A model generated the notes under the pieces. The model saw nothing but the letters and a program-made list of their open reading frames with translations, was not told the DNA's origin and searched no databases. Positions 18,014 to 26,983 of a stretch of 32,000 nt of DNA are shown in pieces. The position numbers were made by a program, and so were the translations under genes. The DNA comes from Psychrobacter sp. HD31 (GTDB lineage: Bacteria > Pseudomonadota > Gammaproteobacteria > Pseudomonadales > Moraxellaceae). Location of the stretch: positions 690,001-722,000 of the forward strand of contig NZ_CP142525.1 of assembly GCF_051097895.1 (NCBI RefSeq), in the 5' to 3' direction. Position 1 is the first letter of the stretch; each line of letters begins with the position of its first letter.

Positions 18014-19948
18014 TTAGTTAGTTGGTGTTGGTAATACTTCATTTTGTTCAAACTGTTTAAAAGCATCTGCGGTGTTTTTATAGTTTTCTTTGTTTGTCTC
18101 TTCTAAACTGGCGTCTTCTACAGCAGCTTCTGCCTCAACAGTTGAATCAACAGCCGACTCTACGGCTTCTTCGATATCCATACTCTCGGTAGCCTCTTCT
18201 ACCAATGCTTCTGCTGCTAAGGCTTCTTCTGTTAATGAGTATTCGCTTTTGTTGTAGCCCCAACGTGCATATTTTGCTTCATCGTTGTAATGCTCCTCTA
18301 GCTGCATTTGATTAATCCATTCATTTCCATCAATTGCCGCTGGTGCGTTGGCAGAAAAGTTTTCGGTTAACAAAGGGTATAGCGGACTTTGTGCAGCCAA
18401 TTTTTGGTTGTATCTGGTTTCTGTCAGATTATCCATTGTCATGCCATAAAACTCACTACCAATAGAAGACTTTGCCTGCATTGCAATCAACTGATCACTT
18501 GCATTTAAATAATAATATTGAGTCTGGTCAAAACTGATGGGTGCAATCGCTTCAATCGCTTGTATCAAGCCGCCAACATCTTTTGATTGAAAATCATTTT
18601 TTACAAGCAACCACTTATTTAGTATTTCGATTAATTTTGAATCATCATCATATTTTTGTGGGTTGTCATTAATATATTGCTCGACAGTATTACCCATGGA
18701 TTTCATGACTTTGCCAACAAATGTTCCCGTTTGCTTACTACCCCAATTAACCTTAACCGCACGTTTGGCATTAATTGACTTGGCAAAGGTGTCATCGGTT
18801 ATATCCAATGGCGTAAAGTCTTCGGTGTTCATTTCACTAAAGGCTAAGTTTACGCCTTTTAAAAAGGCATCAAATAACACATCTGTAGGAATTTCAGCTT
18901 TTATTTCTTCGGGCAAACTAAATTCTATGGTATGCGTTGTTTTCTCTTCTGGAAGGGGAGTATTTTCTGGTGATACCATCGCCATAATTGGTAATGCAGC
19001 AGAGGGATCTAAAGTGATACTTGCTTTGTTAAAATCAACTTTGTATGGCACTTGGATAGACAGCTCTCGAGTTGGCGAAGAAAAGTCATAACTTAATACA
19101 CTTTTATATTCTCTTTGTGCAGGCTCATACTGCCCTACTGAATTAGTGCTTAGATATTGCATTGTATAAGTTTGCAGTGCTTCAACTTGTTCTGGGCTGC
19201 TATACATCGTCCCTAGAATCATGGAGCTAACAGAAGAAGGTCTCATCATATCAAAGATAGAGGTACTGGTGCTTTCTTCTTCAGCTTCTTCTTGCTCAGC
19301 CTTCATTTGTTGGTAGCTTTCATTTAATTCAGTTAATTTGTTAAGTAAAGTTTGTTTTAAGTCTGGTTCAAGGTTGTCATCATAGAGCTTTTGCTGGCGT
19401 GCATTATAAACTGCCTCTGCAATCTCCCAAGCCTCATCATCACTTAAGCTTTTATTATTTTTCAACTGTTCTTCATAAATTGCATCGATGGCATCGTATT
19501 CGTATTCATTATATTCATCGTCTGCATAGCCGTTTACTTTATTGTCTTCTTGATAAGCAAGCACTTCCATAATAGTTTGAGTAACACTTTGGCTGCCTTC
19601 ATCAAGGCTACCTTTTTCAACAAAAGGTCTTACAAAAGTTTTATATTGAGAAACAGAAGAATGCGGTGTCGTTAAAAATTGGTCGACTGCCCTTAAAACC
19701 CGTTTATGTGCGATATCCGAAGTGCTTGGTGCCTCTGCACTATGATTAGCCAATTGACTCGGCAATGGTTTAATAGCCGCCGTTAATGGATACGCTTGTT
19801 TTGCCTTACTAAGATTGCCGTTAAAGCCAGACGTTGTTTGACACCCAGAAATCCCTGCAACAGCGGCACTTAAAAGGCAAATAGATAACATTTTTTTGTG
19901 CATGTTTTTTTGTAAAAAAGGCGCAACCTCAACCTTATGTATAGACAT
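18014..19948 (-). CDS. Large acidic lipoprotein B (644 aa, or 629 aa from the alternative ATG at 19903), function unknown
   Basis: ..MHKKMLSICLLSAAVAGISGC with lipobox I-S-G-C followed by QTTSG. An AGGGA Shine-Dalgarno precedes 19948, and the signal peptide proper begins at Met16 (19903). It contains a D/E/Y-rich segment NGYADDEYNEYEYDAIDAIYEE. A C-terminal stretch has 17 Asp/Glu in 45 residues with no basic residue. Only 56 nt and no hairpin separate it from the next gene, so the two are probably co-transcribed. Confidence 0.7.
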   Translation of the reverse strand: MSIHKVEVAPFLQKNMHKKMLSICLLSAAVAGISGCQTTSGFNGNLSKAKQAYPLTAAIKPLPSQLANHSAEAPSTSDIAHKRVLRAVDQFLTTPHSSVSQYKTFVRPFVEKGSLDEGSQSVTQTIMEVLAYQEDNKVNGYADDEYNEYEYDAIDAIYEEQLKNNKSLSDDEAWEIAEAVYNARQQKLYDDNLEPDLKQTLLNKLTELNESYQQMKAEQEEAEEESTSTSIFDMMRPSSVSSMILGTMYSSPEQVEALQTYTMQYLSTNSVGQYEPAQREYKSVLSYDFSSPTRELSIQVPYKVDFNKASITLDPSAALPIMAMVSPENTPLPEEKTTHTIEFSLPEEIKAEIPTDVLFDAFLKGVNLAFSEMNTEDFTPLDITDDTFAKSINAKRAVKVNWGSKQTGTFVGKVMKSMGNTVEQYINDNPQKYDDDSKLIEILNKWLLVKNDFQSKDVGGLIQAIEAIAPISFDQTQYYYLNASDQLIAMQAKSSIGSEFYGMTMDNLTETRYNQKLAAQSPLYPLLTENFSANAPAAIDGNEWINQMQLEEHYNDEAKYARWGYNKSEYSLTEEALAAEALVEEATESMDIEEAVESAVDSTVEAEAAVEDASLEETNKENYKNTADAFKQFEQNEVLPTPTN

Positions 19949-20134
19949 AAAAAATCCCTATCGTATAGTTTAATATATTGCAATAGTAGCACTATTTAAT
20001 GAGCATCGCCAGTTAACGCAATACGATTAAAACAATAGGATATTGACCTGATTTATTTTTAATATTTAGCATGATTTTGGTATCATGCATCATAAAACAT
20101 TTATAGTTAAATAAAATCTTGATAAGGCAAAACT

Positions 20135-20803
20135 ATGCAAATCTATTTTGGGTTTATACCAACGGATGCACTTAACAAACAAATAGACACCAATATCCAA
20201 ATTATGGGCAGCGATGCAGATGGTGACTACAACTTATATCGAGATGAGGTTACCAAGCAAATATCACATGAACTATTGGATAACCTGCTCACCAAAATGT
20301 TGGATTTAATTGCAGATAAAGCACGCCGCACCAAAATGCAAAAGCTAACAAATGCCATACATACTGCGATAGACACGCTACTTAAACATATATTGATTAA
20401 CCTACCAAATGAAAAAGTTGTCGATACCTATTTTTTTATGAAAGATAAATGCTTATTTATTGATAACGATGGTAATAGACGAGTTGGCTTTCAATTAAGC
20501 AGTCAAGATGCAGAAGCTGTTAAGTTGGGATTGCAACATGCAACAAATTCGGCAGATCCACACCCGCACTTACAAACCGTCATGGATATTTTAATACGTG
20601 CAAACTTAGAGCATTTTGTTGTCGATTTTAGCAAGCACTTACACCTTGGTATGATAAAACGTAAAGCCATACCTATAGCTGAAGCTGCCGTTAACAAAGC
20701 CAGCCAAGCTGCTATCCATAAATTGCTGCCTTCTATGGATAATGAGGCTTGTTTAAGGCTAACTAACCACTTTGCCCAGTTTGTGGTGATAAAAGATGAG
20801 TGA
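20135..20803 (+). CDS. Hypothetical cytoplasmic protein (222 aa), no recognisable motif
   Basis: A long ORF with an AAGG Shine-Dalgarno-like element, no signal peptide or TM helix, and codon usage like its neighbours. It is divergent from lipoprotein B across a 186-bp AT-rich region. Confidence 0.55.
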   Translation: MQIYFGFIPTDALNKQIDTNIQIMGSDADGDYNLYRDEVTKQISHELLDNLLTKMLDLIADKARRTKMQKLTNAIHTAIDTLLKHILINLPNEKVVDTYFFMKDKCLFIDNDGNRRVGFQLSSQDAEAVKLGLQHATNSADPHPHLQTVMDILIRANLEHFVVDFSKHLHLGMIKRKAIPIAEAAVNKASQAAIHKLLPSMDNEACLRLTNHFAQFVVIKDE

Positions 20804-20889
20804 ATATCACAAGGATTACTCTAACTATGATGGTATATAATTTTTTGGCATGTTAAAATACACCAAAGTAAATACATGAGTTTTAAAAT

Positions 20890-21456
20890 ATGTCTCAAAT
20901 TAGTAACCAAAAAATTGAAGAAACCTTACGCAACTCTGAGTGCTTAATTAGCTCAATTGAAGTTGCTGCTGCATACGAGCGTTTAGCCGCGCAGTTAAAC
21001 CTACATTATGCAGGATTAAATCCAATTGTTATGGTGGTTATGAATGGTGGGCTTATCCCAGCAGGTCAATTGCTAACCCACCTTACCTTTTTCCATCGCA
21101 TGCACTATATCCACGCCACTCGTTACCGTGATAATGCAGGCAGCGACGACTTGGTTTGGAAATTTAAACCAGATGTTAATATTACTGGTGAGCACATTCT
21201 GTTAATCGATGATATTTTTGATGAAGGTATTACCTTAAAAGCCGTGGTAGATGAGTTGAAAAAAGAATCACCTGCCTCTATCGACTGTTGTGTACTGTTA
21301 AACAAAATTCATGACAGAAAAGTTAAAGATTTTGATGTTGATTTTGTTGGCTTGGATGTAGAAGATAGATATGTTTATGGCTGTGGTATGGATTTTCATG
21401 GCTATTTACGTCACATGCCAGGTATTTATGCCATTAAAGAAGAAGCATTGAAATAA
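20890..21456 (+). CDS. hpt: Hypoxanthine/guanine phosphoribosyltransferase-family protein
   Basis: It has the type I PRTase PRPP-binding motif ILLIDDIFDEGITL and is colinear with E. coli Hpt (..VVMNGG.., ..DF.G....D.YV.G.G.D..). Confidence 0.75.
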   Translation: MSQISNQKIEETLRNSECLISSIEVAAAYERLAAQLNLHYAGLNPIVMVVMNGGLIPAGQLLTHLTFFHRMHYIHATRYRDNAGSDDLVWKFKPDVNITGEHILLIDDIFDEGITLKAVVDELKKESPASIDCCVLLNKIHDRKVKDFDVDFVGLDVEDRYVYGCGMDFHGYLRHMPGIYAIKEEALK

Positions 21457-21479
21457 TTTTTCTTTTTTTAAAAGCATTA

Positions 21480-21514
21480 AAAAAGCGGTGAGTATAAATT
21501 ACTCACCGCTTTTT
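21480..21514. terminator. Bidirectional rho-independent terminator between convergent hpt and leuA
   Basis: AAAAA, then stem GCGGTGAGT / loop ATAAATT / ACTCACCGC (21485-21509), then TTTTT. Confidence 0.8.
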
Positions 21515-21533
21515 ATTTATCACTTTATGTATA

Positions 21534-23234
21534 TTAGATAGCCTGCTCTAATGCAGATAATGCCGCTTTAAGCATGGCAGAAATCGTACTTGCACAAGTA
21601 CCAATACCAGAGTAGATATTGCCACCCACGTTTAACTGAATATAAGCAGCAGCATTGGCATTCGTTTTGTTTTCTGCATCGCCACTGATGGCATGTTCTG
21701 CATAGTTAGTAACATGTATTGGCTTATCCGTGTGCTTAGCCAAACCATCAATAAATGCAGATAAAGAACCATTTCCTGTACCATTGATTTCTAACAAATC
21801 ACCATCCAACACAATTTGCCCATTAAAGCTAACAATAGACTCTTTATTATTAACGCTATAATCTTTAAGCTGTATACGATCTTGTTGCAAATAAGTTTGC
21901 TCAAAAATTTGTAAAATTTCATCTGTTTTCAATTCACGTGCAACCGATTCAGCTTGAGATTGAACAACCTTACTAAAGTCAATTTGTGTCCAACGTGGTA
22001 AGTTAAAGCCAAAGTCACGTTGTAAAATATAAGCAACACCACCTTTACCTGACTGACTATTAATACGCACCACATCTTGATAACCACGACCAATATGCGT
22101 AGGATCAATTGGCAAGTAAGCAACATCCCAAATGTTTTTAGTTTCTTCATGTGAAGCATTGTAATCAAGCGATTTTTTAATGGCATCTTGATGAGAACCA
22201 CTAAATGCCGTAAACACAAGCTCACCAACATAAGGATGACGTGGGTGTACTGGTAACTGATTACATTCGCTAACAACCTGTACAATTTCACTGGCATTAC
22301 TTAAGTCTAACTGTGGATCAACTCCTTGGCTGTACATGTTCATTGCCATCACAAAGATATCCATGTTGCCTGTGCGCTCGCCATTACCTAACAAGGTACC
22401 CTCAATACGGTCAGCACCTGCCATTAAGCCAAGCTCTGACGCTGCAACGCCGCAACCTCTGTCATTATGGGTGTGCAAACATACACAAATATGCTCACGC
22501 TGTTTTATATTACGGCAAAAATACTCTACTTGATCTGCAAAAACATTGGGCGTAGATGCCTCAACCGTTGCAGGCAAGTTAATAATAACTTCCTGTCCAT
22601 TTTGTGGCTCCCAAACATCAATCACCGCTTGGCAAACTTCTACCGCATAATCTGGTTCTGTTTGGCTAAAGCTTTCTGGCGAATACTGGAAAACCCAATC
22701 AGTTTCTGGATAGTCTTTTGCCAACTCTTTTAACAGGGTTGCACCATCCATGGCAATTTGTTTGATTTCTTCTTTAGTTTTTTGATAAACCTTATCTCGC
22801 TGCACTCTAGAAGTTGAGTTATAAACATGAACGACTGCCCTTTTGGCACCTTTTAAGCTTTCAAAAGTACGGCGGATTAAATGCTCACGTGCCTGCACCA
22901 AAACCTGCAAGGTAACATCATCTGGCACGTGCCCTTCTTCAATCAATTTGCGAGTAAAGTCAAATTCAACCTGAGCAGCAGAAGGAAACCCAATTTCAAT
23001 TTCTTTAAAACCAACAGAAACCAGCAATTTAAAAAACTGCATTTTTTGTTCAATCGTCATTGGGTCTATCAGTGCTTGGTTACCATCTCGCAAATCAACG
23101 CTTGCCCATCTTGGGGCTTGCTCAATTTGTTTATCAGGCCAAGTGCGATCCGTTAATTTTGGTGCAAAGGCAAATGGCTGATATTTATTATTATCGAATA
23201 ATGGGTTTTGTGGCTTTACTGCTGTTTGGCTCAT
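21534..23234 (-). CDS. leuA: 2-isopropylmalate synthase, long form (LeuA type found in actinobacteria and pseudomonads)
   Basis: 566 aa. PRWASVDLRDGNQALIDPM..GFKEIEIGFPSAAQVEFDF closely parallels the M. tuberculosis-type LeuA N-terminus. The HTHND metal site and a C-terminal regulatory domain are present. Confidence 0.92.
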   Translation of the reverse strand: MSQTAVKPQNPLFDNNKYQPFAFAPKLTDRTWPDKQIEQAPRWASVDLRDGNQALIDPMTIEQKMQFFKLLVSVGFKEIEIGFPSAAQVEFDFTRKLIEEGHVPDDVTLQVLVQAREHLIRRTFESLKGAKRAVVHVYNSTSRVQRDKVYQKTKEEIKQIAMDGATLLKELAKDYPETDWVFQYSPESFSQTEPDYAVEVCQAVIDVWEPQNGQEVIINLPATVEASTPNVFADQVEYFCRNIKQREHICVCLHTHNDRGCGVAASELGLMAGADRIEGTLLGNGERTGNMDIFVMAMNMYSQGVDPQLDLSNASEIVQVVSECNQLPVHPRHPYVGELVFTAFSGSHQDAIKKSLDYNASHEETKNIWDVAYLPIDPTHIGRGYQDVVRINSQSGKGGVAYILQRDFGFNLPRWTQIDFSKVVQSQAESVARELKTDEILQIFEQTYLQQDRIQLKDYSVNNKESIVSFNGQIVLDGDLLEINGTGNGSLSAFIDGLAKHTDKPIHVTNYAEHAISGDAENKTNANAAAYIQLNVGGNIYSGIGTCASTISAMLKAALSALEQAI

Positions 23235-23391
23235 GATAAATCCTAAACGTTATAAAAAAATCATCAAAATTTGAGGATATTATAATAACAAAGTTTGAAT
23301 AGTTGAAATAAGCAAAATAGTAAATTTTTAACAGATATTTTAGATATATTGGCTATTAAATGTTATATTATTAGTTAATATCACTATAAAG

Positions 23392-23883
23392 ATGAGAAAA
23401 GTAATGAAAGCTGTTCAAAATGATGTTTTAGAACTTGATGAAATTGATAAAAAAATAGTCAGAGAGTTAGCAAATGATGCAAGGCTCAGTATTAGTGAGC
23501 TTGCCGAAAGGGTAAATCTATCCGCAACACCCTGCTCTAGGCGGCTAAAACAGCTAGAAGATTCTGGTGTGATTACTGGGTTTCATGCCCATACAAACCC
23601 TAAAAAGCTGGGCTATCGACTCTCGTTGTATATTGCGGTTAGTATGGATAAACACACTGCAGACCGTTTTGCACATTTTGAACAAAAAGTTAGAGAATTT
23701 GATGAAGTGCTTAGTTGTAGTATTGTCACTGGGCGTACAGAAGACTATTTGTTAAAAATTGCAGTACGCGATATGAGCCATTATGAAGAATTTTTGCTCC
23801 ATCGCCTAAACCGCATTGAAGGTGTTGCACAAGTGCATACCAGTTTTGAGCTAAGAGAAGTGTTTAGACGCTCCGTTTTATAA
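23392..23883 (+). CDS. Lrp/AsnC-family transcriptional regulator (alternative start ATG 23404)
   Basis: N-terminal HTH LDEIDKKIVRELANDARLSISELAERVNLSATPCSRRLKQLEDSGVI and a C-terminal RAM/AsnC_trans_reg-like domain, colinear with E. coli Lrp. Confidence 0.85.
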   Translation: MRKVMKAVQNDVLELDEIDKKIVRELANDARLSISELAERVNLSATPCSRRLKQLEDSGVITGFHAHTNPKKLGYRLSLYIAVSMDKHTADRFAHFEQKVREFDEVLSCSIVTGRTEDYLLKIAVRDMSHYEEFLLHRLNRIEGVAQVHTSFELREVFRRSVL

Positions 23884-23921
23884 AACAGCCAAACACAAAA
23901 TTTAGCGATATGGGTTTGCTA

Positions 23922-24776
23922 TTACTCTAAAACGCCTGTGGTTATCCTATCATTACCACCATAGTCTTTAATGGTTTTAACCTGTTTAAAGCCATTTGCA
24001 TTAAAGATAGCCTGCACAGATTCTGCTTGATTGTGACCATGTTCAATCGCCAGCAAACCACCATTATGCAAATAGCTTGGCGCAAAACGGACAATATGTT
24101 CAATGTCTGCCAAACCTTTGTTATCAGCAACCAAGGCTGTAATCGGTTCTGCCTTTAATTTTGTAAGATGCGCATCTGAGGCATCAATATATGGCGGGTT
24201 AGAAACAATCACATGATACTTTTGCTCAGTTGATAATGCGTTATACCAACTAGAATGCACAAACTCAACATTACTTACGTTATTAAGTTGAGCATTTTTT
24301 TTAGCCACTGCCAATGCTTGGTTGCTTAAGTCTACCGCGGTTAGTTGCCAGTTACTACTAGTACTCTTAGCTTTAGCAAACTCATGCCCCAAACTAATGG
24401 CAATACAGCCTGTACCCGTTCCCAAATCAAGTAATTTAGCAGGACTTACAAATCTATGGGGTTTGATCCAGTCGAGTACAGTTTCTACCAATACCTCAGT
24501 ATCTGGACGTGGTATCAAGGTGTGTTCATTCACCATAAATTCAAGCGACCAAAACGCTTGCTTGCCTATAAGCTGTGCAAGTGGTATGCCTGATTGCATT
24601 TTATCAATACCTGTATTAAATGCTATCAACTCTTCCTTTGTCAGCTCATAGGTGGCATCAGTAATCAAAAAGCTGTTTGGCTTAGCTAAAACCTCAAGCA
24701 GCCAATCTATTACCCAATGTTCTGGTAAATGGTAGCCACCATTTTTAATTGTTTGTTTTATTTGTTCTATCTTCAT
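23922..24776 (-). CDS. prmC: Release-factor glutamine N5-methyltransferase PrmC (HemK)
   Basis: SAM motif LDLGTGTGCIA and catalytic NPPY (VSNPPYID). FWSLEF.V....LIPRPDTE, EP..ALVA...GLADI and DYGGNDR are colinear with E. coli PrmC. Confidence 0.88.
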   Translation of the reverse strand: MKIEQIKQTIKNGGYHLPEHWVIDWLLEVLAKPNSFLITDATYELTKEELIAFNTGIDKMQSGIPLAQLIGKQAFWSLEFMVNEHTLIPRPDTEVLVETVLDWIKPHRFVSPAKLLDLGTGTGCIAISLGHEFAKAKSTSSNWQLTAVDLSNQALAVAKKNAQLNNVSNVEFVHSSWYNALSTEQKYHVIVSNPPYIDASDAHLTKLKAEPITALVADNKGLADIEHIVRFAPSYLHNGGLLAIEHGHNQAESVQAIFNANGFKQVKTIKDYGGNDRITTGVLE

Positions 24777-24796
24777 ATCAATAATACCAAGCGATT

Positions 24797-24833
24797 AAAA
24801 TACGCCTTGTATTATAGCTGAATACAAGGCGTA
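24797..24833 (-). terminator. Rho-independent terminator after ampG
   Basis: Perfect 13-bp stem TACGCCTTGTATT / loop ATAGCTG / AATACAAGGCGTA (24801-24833), followed on the minus strand by TTTT. Confidence 0.75.
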
Positions 24834-24876
24834 ATATTTTTAAGAGCGCGTATAAAACCAAAGTAGACGTTAATGA

Positions 24877-26436
24877 TTAACTTTCATTTGGTTGTTCGCC
24901 CGTGGTATCGTTTTCACCAATTTGTAAGTTTTTATCCACCAAGTAAACCAGCAATAAAATTGGCACCCCAATTAAACAACAAAAACTAAAGAAAAAAGGA
25001 TAACCCATGTTATCAACAATTGTACCAGAGTAACCGCCTAAAACTTTAGGCAACAGGGTCATTAGCGATGAAAAGATAGCGTATTGAACCGCAGTAAACT
25101 TAATAGAAGTTAATGCCGATAAAAAGGCAATAAACACGGCACTGGCGAGACCTGCCGCTAAATTGTCGCCTATCACTGCAATATACATGGCGGTCACATT
25201 ACCAGGGAAGTAAGTTAACATCACAAACAACAAGTTAGTAATACAAGCTAAAATCGCCCCTATCATCATAGTACGCATAATTGGCATACGCTGAGCAAGC
25301 AAACCACCTAAAAAACCACCCGCAATAGTTACCCAAACACCCACCAACTTAACAGCCGTTGCAATTTGTGTTTTACTAAATCCCATGTCTTGATAAAACA
25401 CATTTGAGATAACGCCAGCAACAATATCAGAAATACGATACAGTCCGATTAATGCCAATAATAACAAAGCTTTTTTACCATATCTGTTAAAAAAGTCGGC
25501 AATTGGTTCAACCCAAGTTTGTTGGGCAACTTCTTTTTTCACTAATCCCAATTGCACCATAACCCAGCCAGCAAAAAAAGCAGCAACCAAACCAGAAAGC
25601 ATGTGTACTATTTCAATCAAAAATTTATAAACAGCACCATCTACTTCTGGCAGTACTTTTCCAAAGTATATAAATGTTGATACAAAAGCAATAACCGAGA
25701 TAAAGAACACAGCAACCAATCGAGCATAATCTGATGCTGGACGTTCAAGCTGTTTTTGCGCATTTTTTGGTTCATAGATAAATAGAGTAGTTAAAACCCC
25801 TATGCCCATCACGCCAGCCATTATCCAATAAGTATTTCGCCAAGCTTCATAACTATATGCTGTTTCTGTAGAACCAAAAAAATCTGCTAAATATAACGCA
25901 CCTGCACCCGCGACAATCATGCCTATGCGATATCCAGTGGTATACATTGCAGACAATATTGGTTGTAAAGATGGCGGAGCAAGCTCAATACGGTAAGCAT
26001 CAATGACAATATCTTGTGTGGCAGATGAAAACCCTAGCAAAACCGCACCCATTGCCATAACTGTAAGTACCGATTCACTGATGGGGTTAACACTTGCCAT
26101 AATTAAAATAGCAGCAATTACCCCTATCTGAGCAACCAACATCCATGCTCTACGTCTACCAAATAATTTCGTCAAAATAGGTAATGGAACAGCATCAATT
26201 AACGGCGCCCAAATAAACTTGAATGAATAACCCAGTGCTGCCCAACTAAACATCGTTACCACACTGCGGTCAATGCCAGCCTCACGTAACCATAAAGATA
26301 AACTTGAGAAAATAAGTAAAATGGGTATACCAGCAGCAAAGCCTAAAAATAGCATAATAATGGCTCTGTGGTCTAAATAGGCTTTTAAAGATTCACCCCA
26401 AGATTTTTTAGGGGCAGTTTGGGTAGTTGATGACAT
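24877..26436 (-). CDS. ampG: AmpG-family muropeptide (anhydromuropeptide) MFS permease
   Basis: 519 aa. FKFIWAPLIDAVP...FGRRRAWML is colinear with E. coli AmpG (FKFLWSPLMDRY..FGRRRGWLL). Relative to E. coli it has a central insertion with two extra hydrophobic helices, a known variation in this family. Confidence 0.88.
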   Translation of the reverse strand: MSSTTQTAPKKSWGESLKAYLDHRAIIMLFLGFAAGIPILLIFSSLSLWLREAGIDRSVVTMFSWAALGYSFKFIWAPLIDAVPLPILTKLFGRRRAWMLVAQIGVIAAILIMASVNPISESVLTVMAMGAVLLGFSSATQDIVIDAYRIELAPPSLQPILSAMYTTGYRIGMIVAGAGALYLADFFGSTETAYSYEAWRNTYWIMAGVMGIGVLTTLFIYEPKNAQKQLERPASDYARLVAVFFISVIAFVSTFIYFGKVLPEVDGAVYKFLIEIVHMLSGLVAAFFAGWVMVQLGLVKKEVAQQTWVEPIADFFNRYGKKALLLLALIGLYRISDIVAGVISNVFYQDMGFSKTQIATAVKLVGVWVTIAGGFLGGLLAQRMPIMRTMMIGAILACITNLLFVMLTYFPGNVTAMYIAVIGDNLAAGLASAVFIAFLSALTSIKFTAVQYAIFSSLMTLLPKVLGGYSGTIVDNMGYPFFFSFCCLIGVPILLLVYLVDKNLQIGENDTTGEQPNES

Positions 26437-26550
26437 AGCTACTCCGCTATTTTGTAGAAATTAAAACCATATGTTACTCGATTATCATAAATTTGACTAG
26501 CGACTGTTATATTATGCAAAATTGCAAGCTATCCTATTTATTTAAAACAT

Positions 26551-26584
26551 AAAAAAACACCTAAATGCAGTGCATAGGTGTTTT
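26551..26584 (-). terminator. Rho-independent terminator after bfd
   Basis: Stem ACACCTA(AA)TGC / loop AGT / GCATAGGTGT, followed on the minus strand by TTTTTTT. Confidence 0.7.
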
Positions 26585-26611
26585 ATCATATGTATTTGAT
26601 AATCTATTGAG

Positions 26612-26806
26612 TTAGACCGCAATGGCTAAACCTTCAACCTTGTTGGCATGATGCTCATCTAATAAATCTTGTACCATAGGCTCACAGCAACCACAACAAT
26701 TGGCAACATCTAGGGTGTCTTTTAATGCGTTCATAGAATCAACGCCAGATGCCATTGCATTTTTAATTTGTTTGTCTTTTATGTCTTTACAAATACAAAC
26801 GTACAT
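26612..26806 (-). CDS. bfd: Bacterioferritin-associated ferredoxin (Bfd, [2Fe-2S])
   Basis: 64 aa with MYVCICKDI..(x)..NCCGCCEP, the four-Cys Bfd/BFD-like [2Fe-2S] pattern. Confidence 0.85.
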   Translation of the reverse strand: MYVCICKDIKDKQIKNAMASGVDSMNALKDTLDVANCCGCCEPMVQDLLDEHHANKVEGLAIAV

Positions 26807-26884
26807 TTTGTGACCTATATAAAAAATTCTTAAAATCTATTTAGAGTTTAATAGAATGATTAACTCCCGTTAATCTTTTTCTAT

Positions 26885-26913
26885 ATAATAGCGAGAATTG
26901 TTCGTATTTACAA
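26885..26913 (-). promoter_or_regulatory. Candidate sigma-70 promoter for bfd
   Basis: On the minus strand: TTGTAA (26913-26908), a 17-nt spacer, then TATTAT (26890-26885). This is a pattern match only. Confidence 0.3.
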
Positions 26914-26983
26914 TACCTTTTATTAATTATTCTTTAAAAGAGCTGATTCCTAGTTGTTAATCAACTGTGTAGAACAAAAGTAA

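Noticed and set aside
847-23156. Many short ORF-track entries nested in or antisense to long genes (for example 847-1101, 2190-2525, 2455-2742, 3257-3463, 4498-4716, 5383-5683, 8284-8493, 10661-11056, 11570-12019, 13276-13770, 14595-14903, 15291-15599, 18663-19091, 20503-20697, 21123-21305, 21929-22297, 22313-22733, 22881-23156)
   Set aside because: Each lies entirely within a well-supported conserved gene on the other strand or in another frame. They have odd composition and no Shine-Dalgarno or independent terminator, so I treat them as shadow ORFs.
26850-26908. A Fur box upstream of bfd
   Set aside because: The best segments (TAGAATGATTAAC; GAGAATTGTTCGTATTT) match the 19-bp Fur consensus at only about 10-11 of 19 positions, in a region that is generally AT-rich. 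This is not distinguishable from background by eye.
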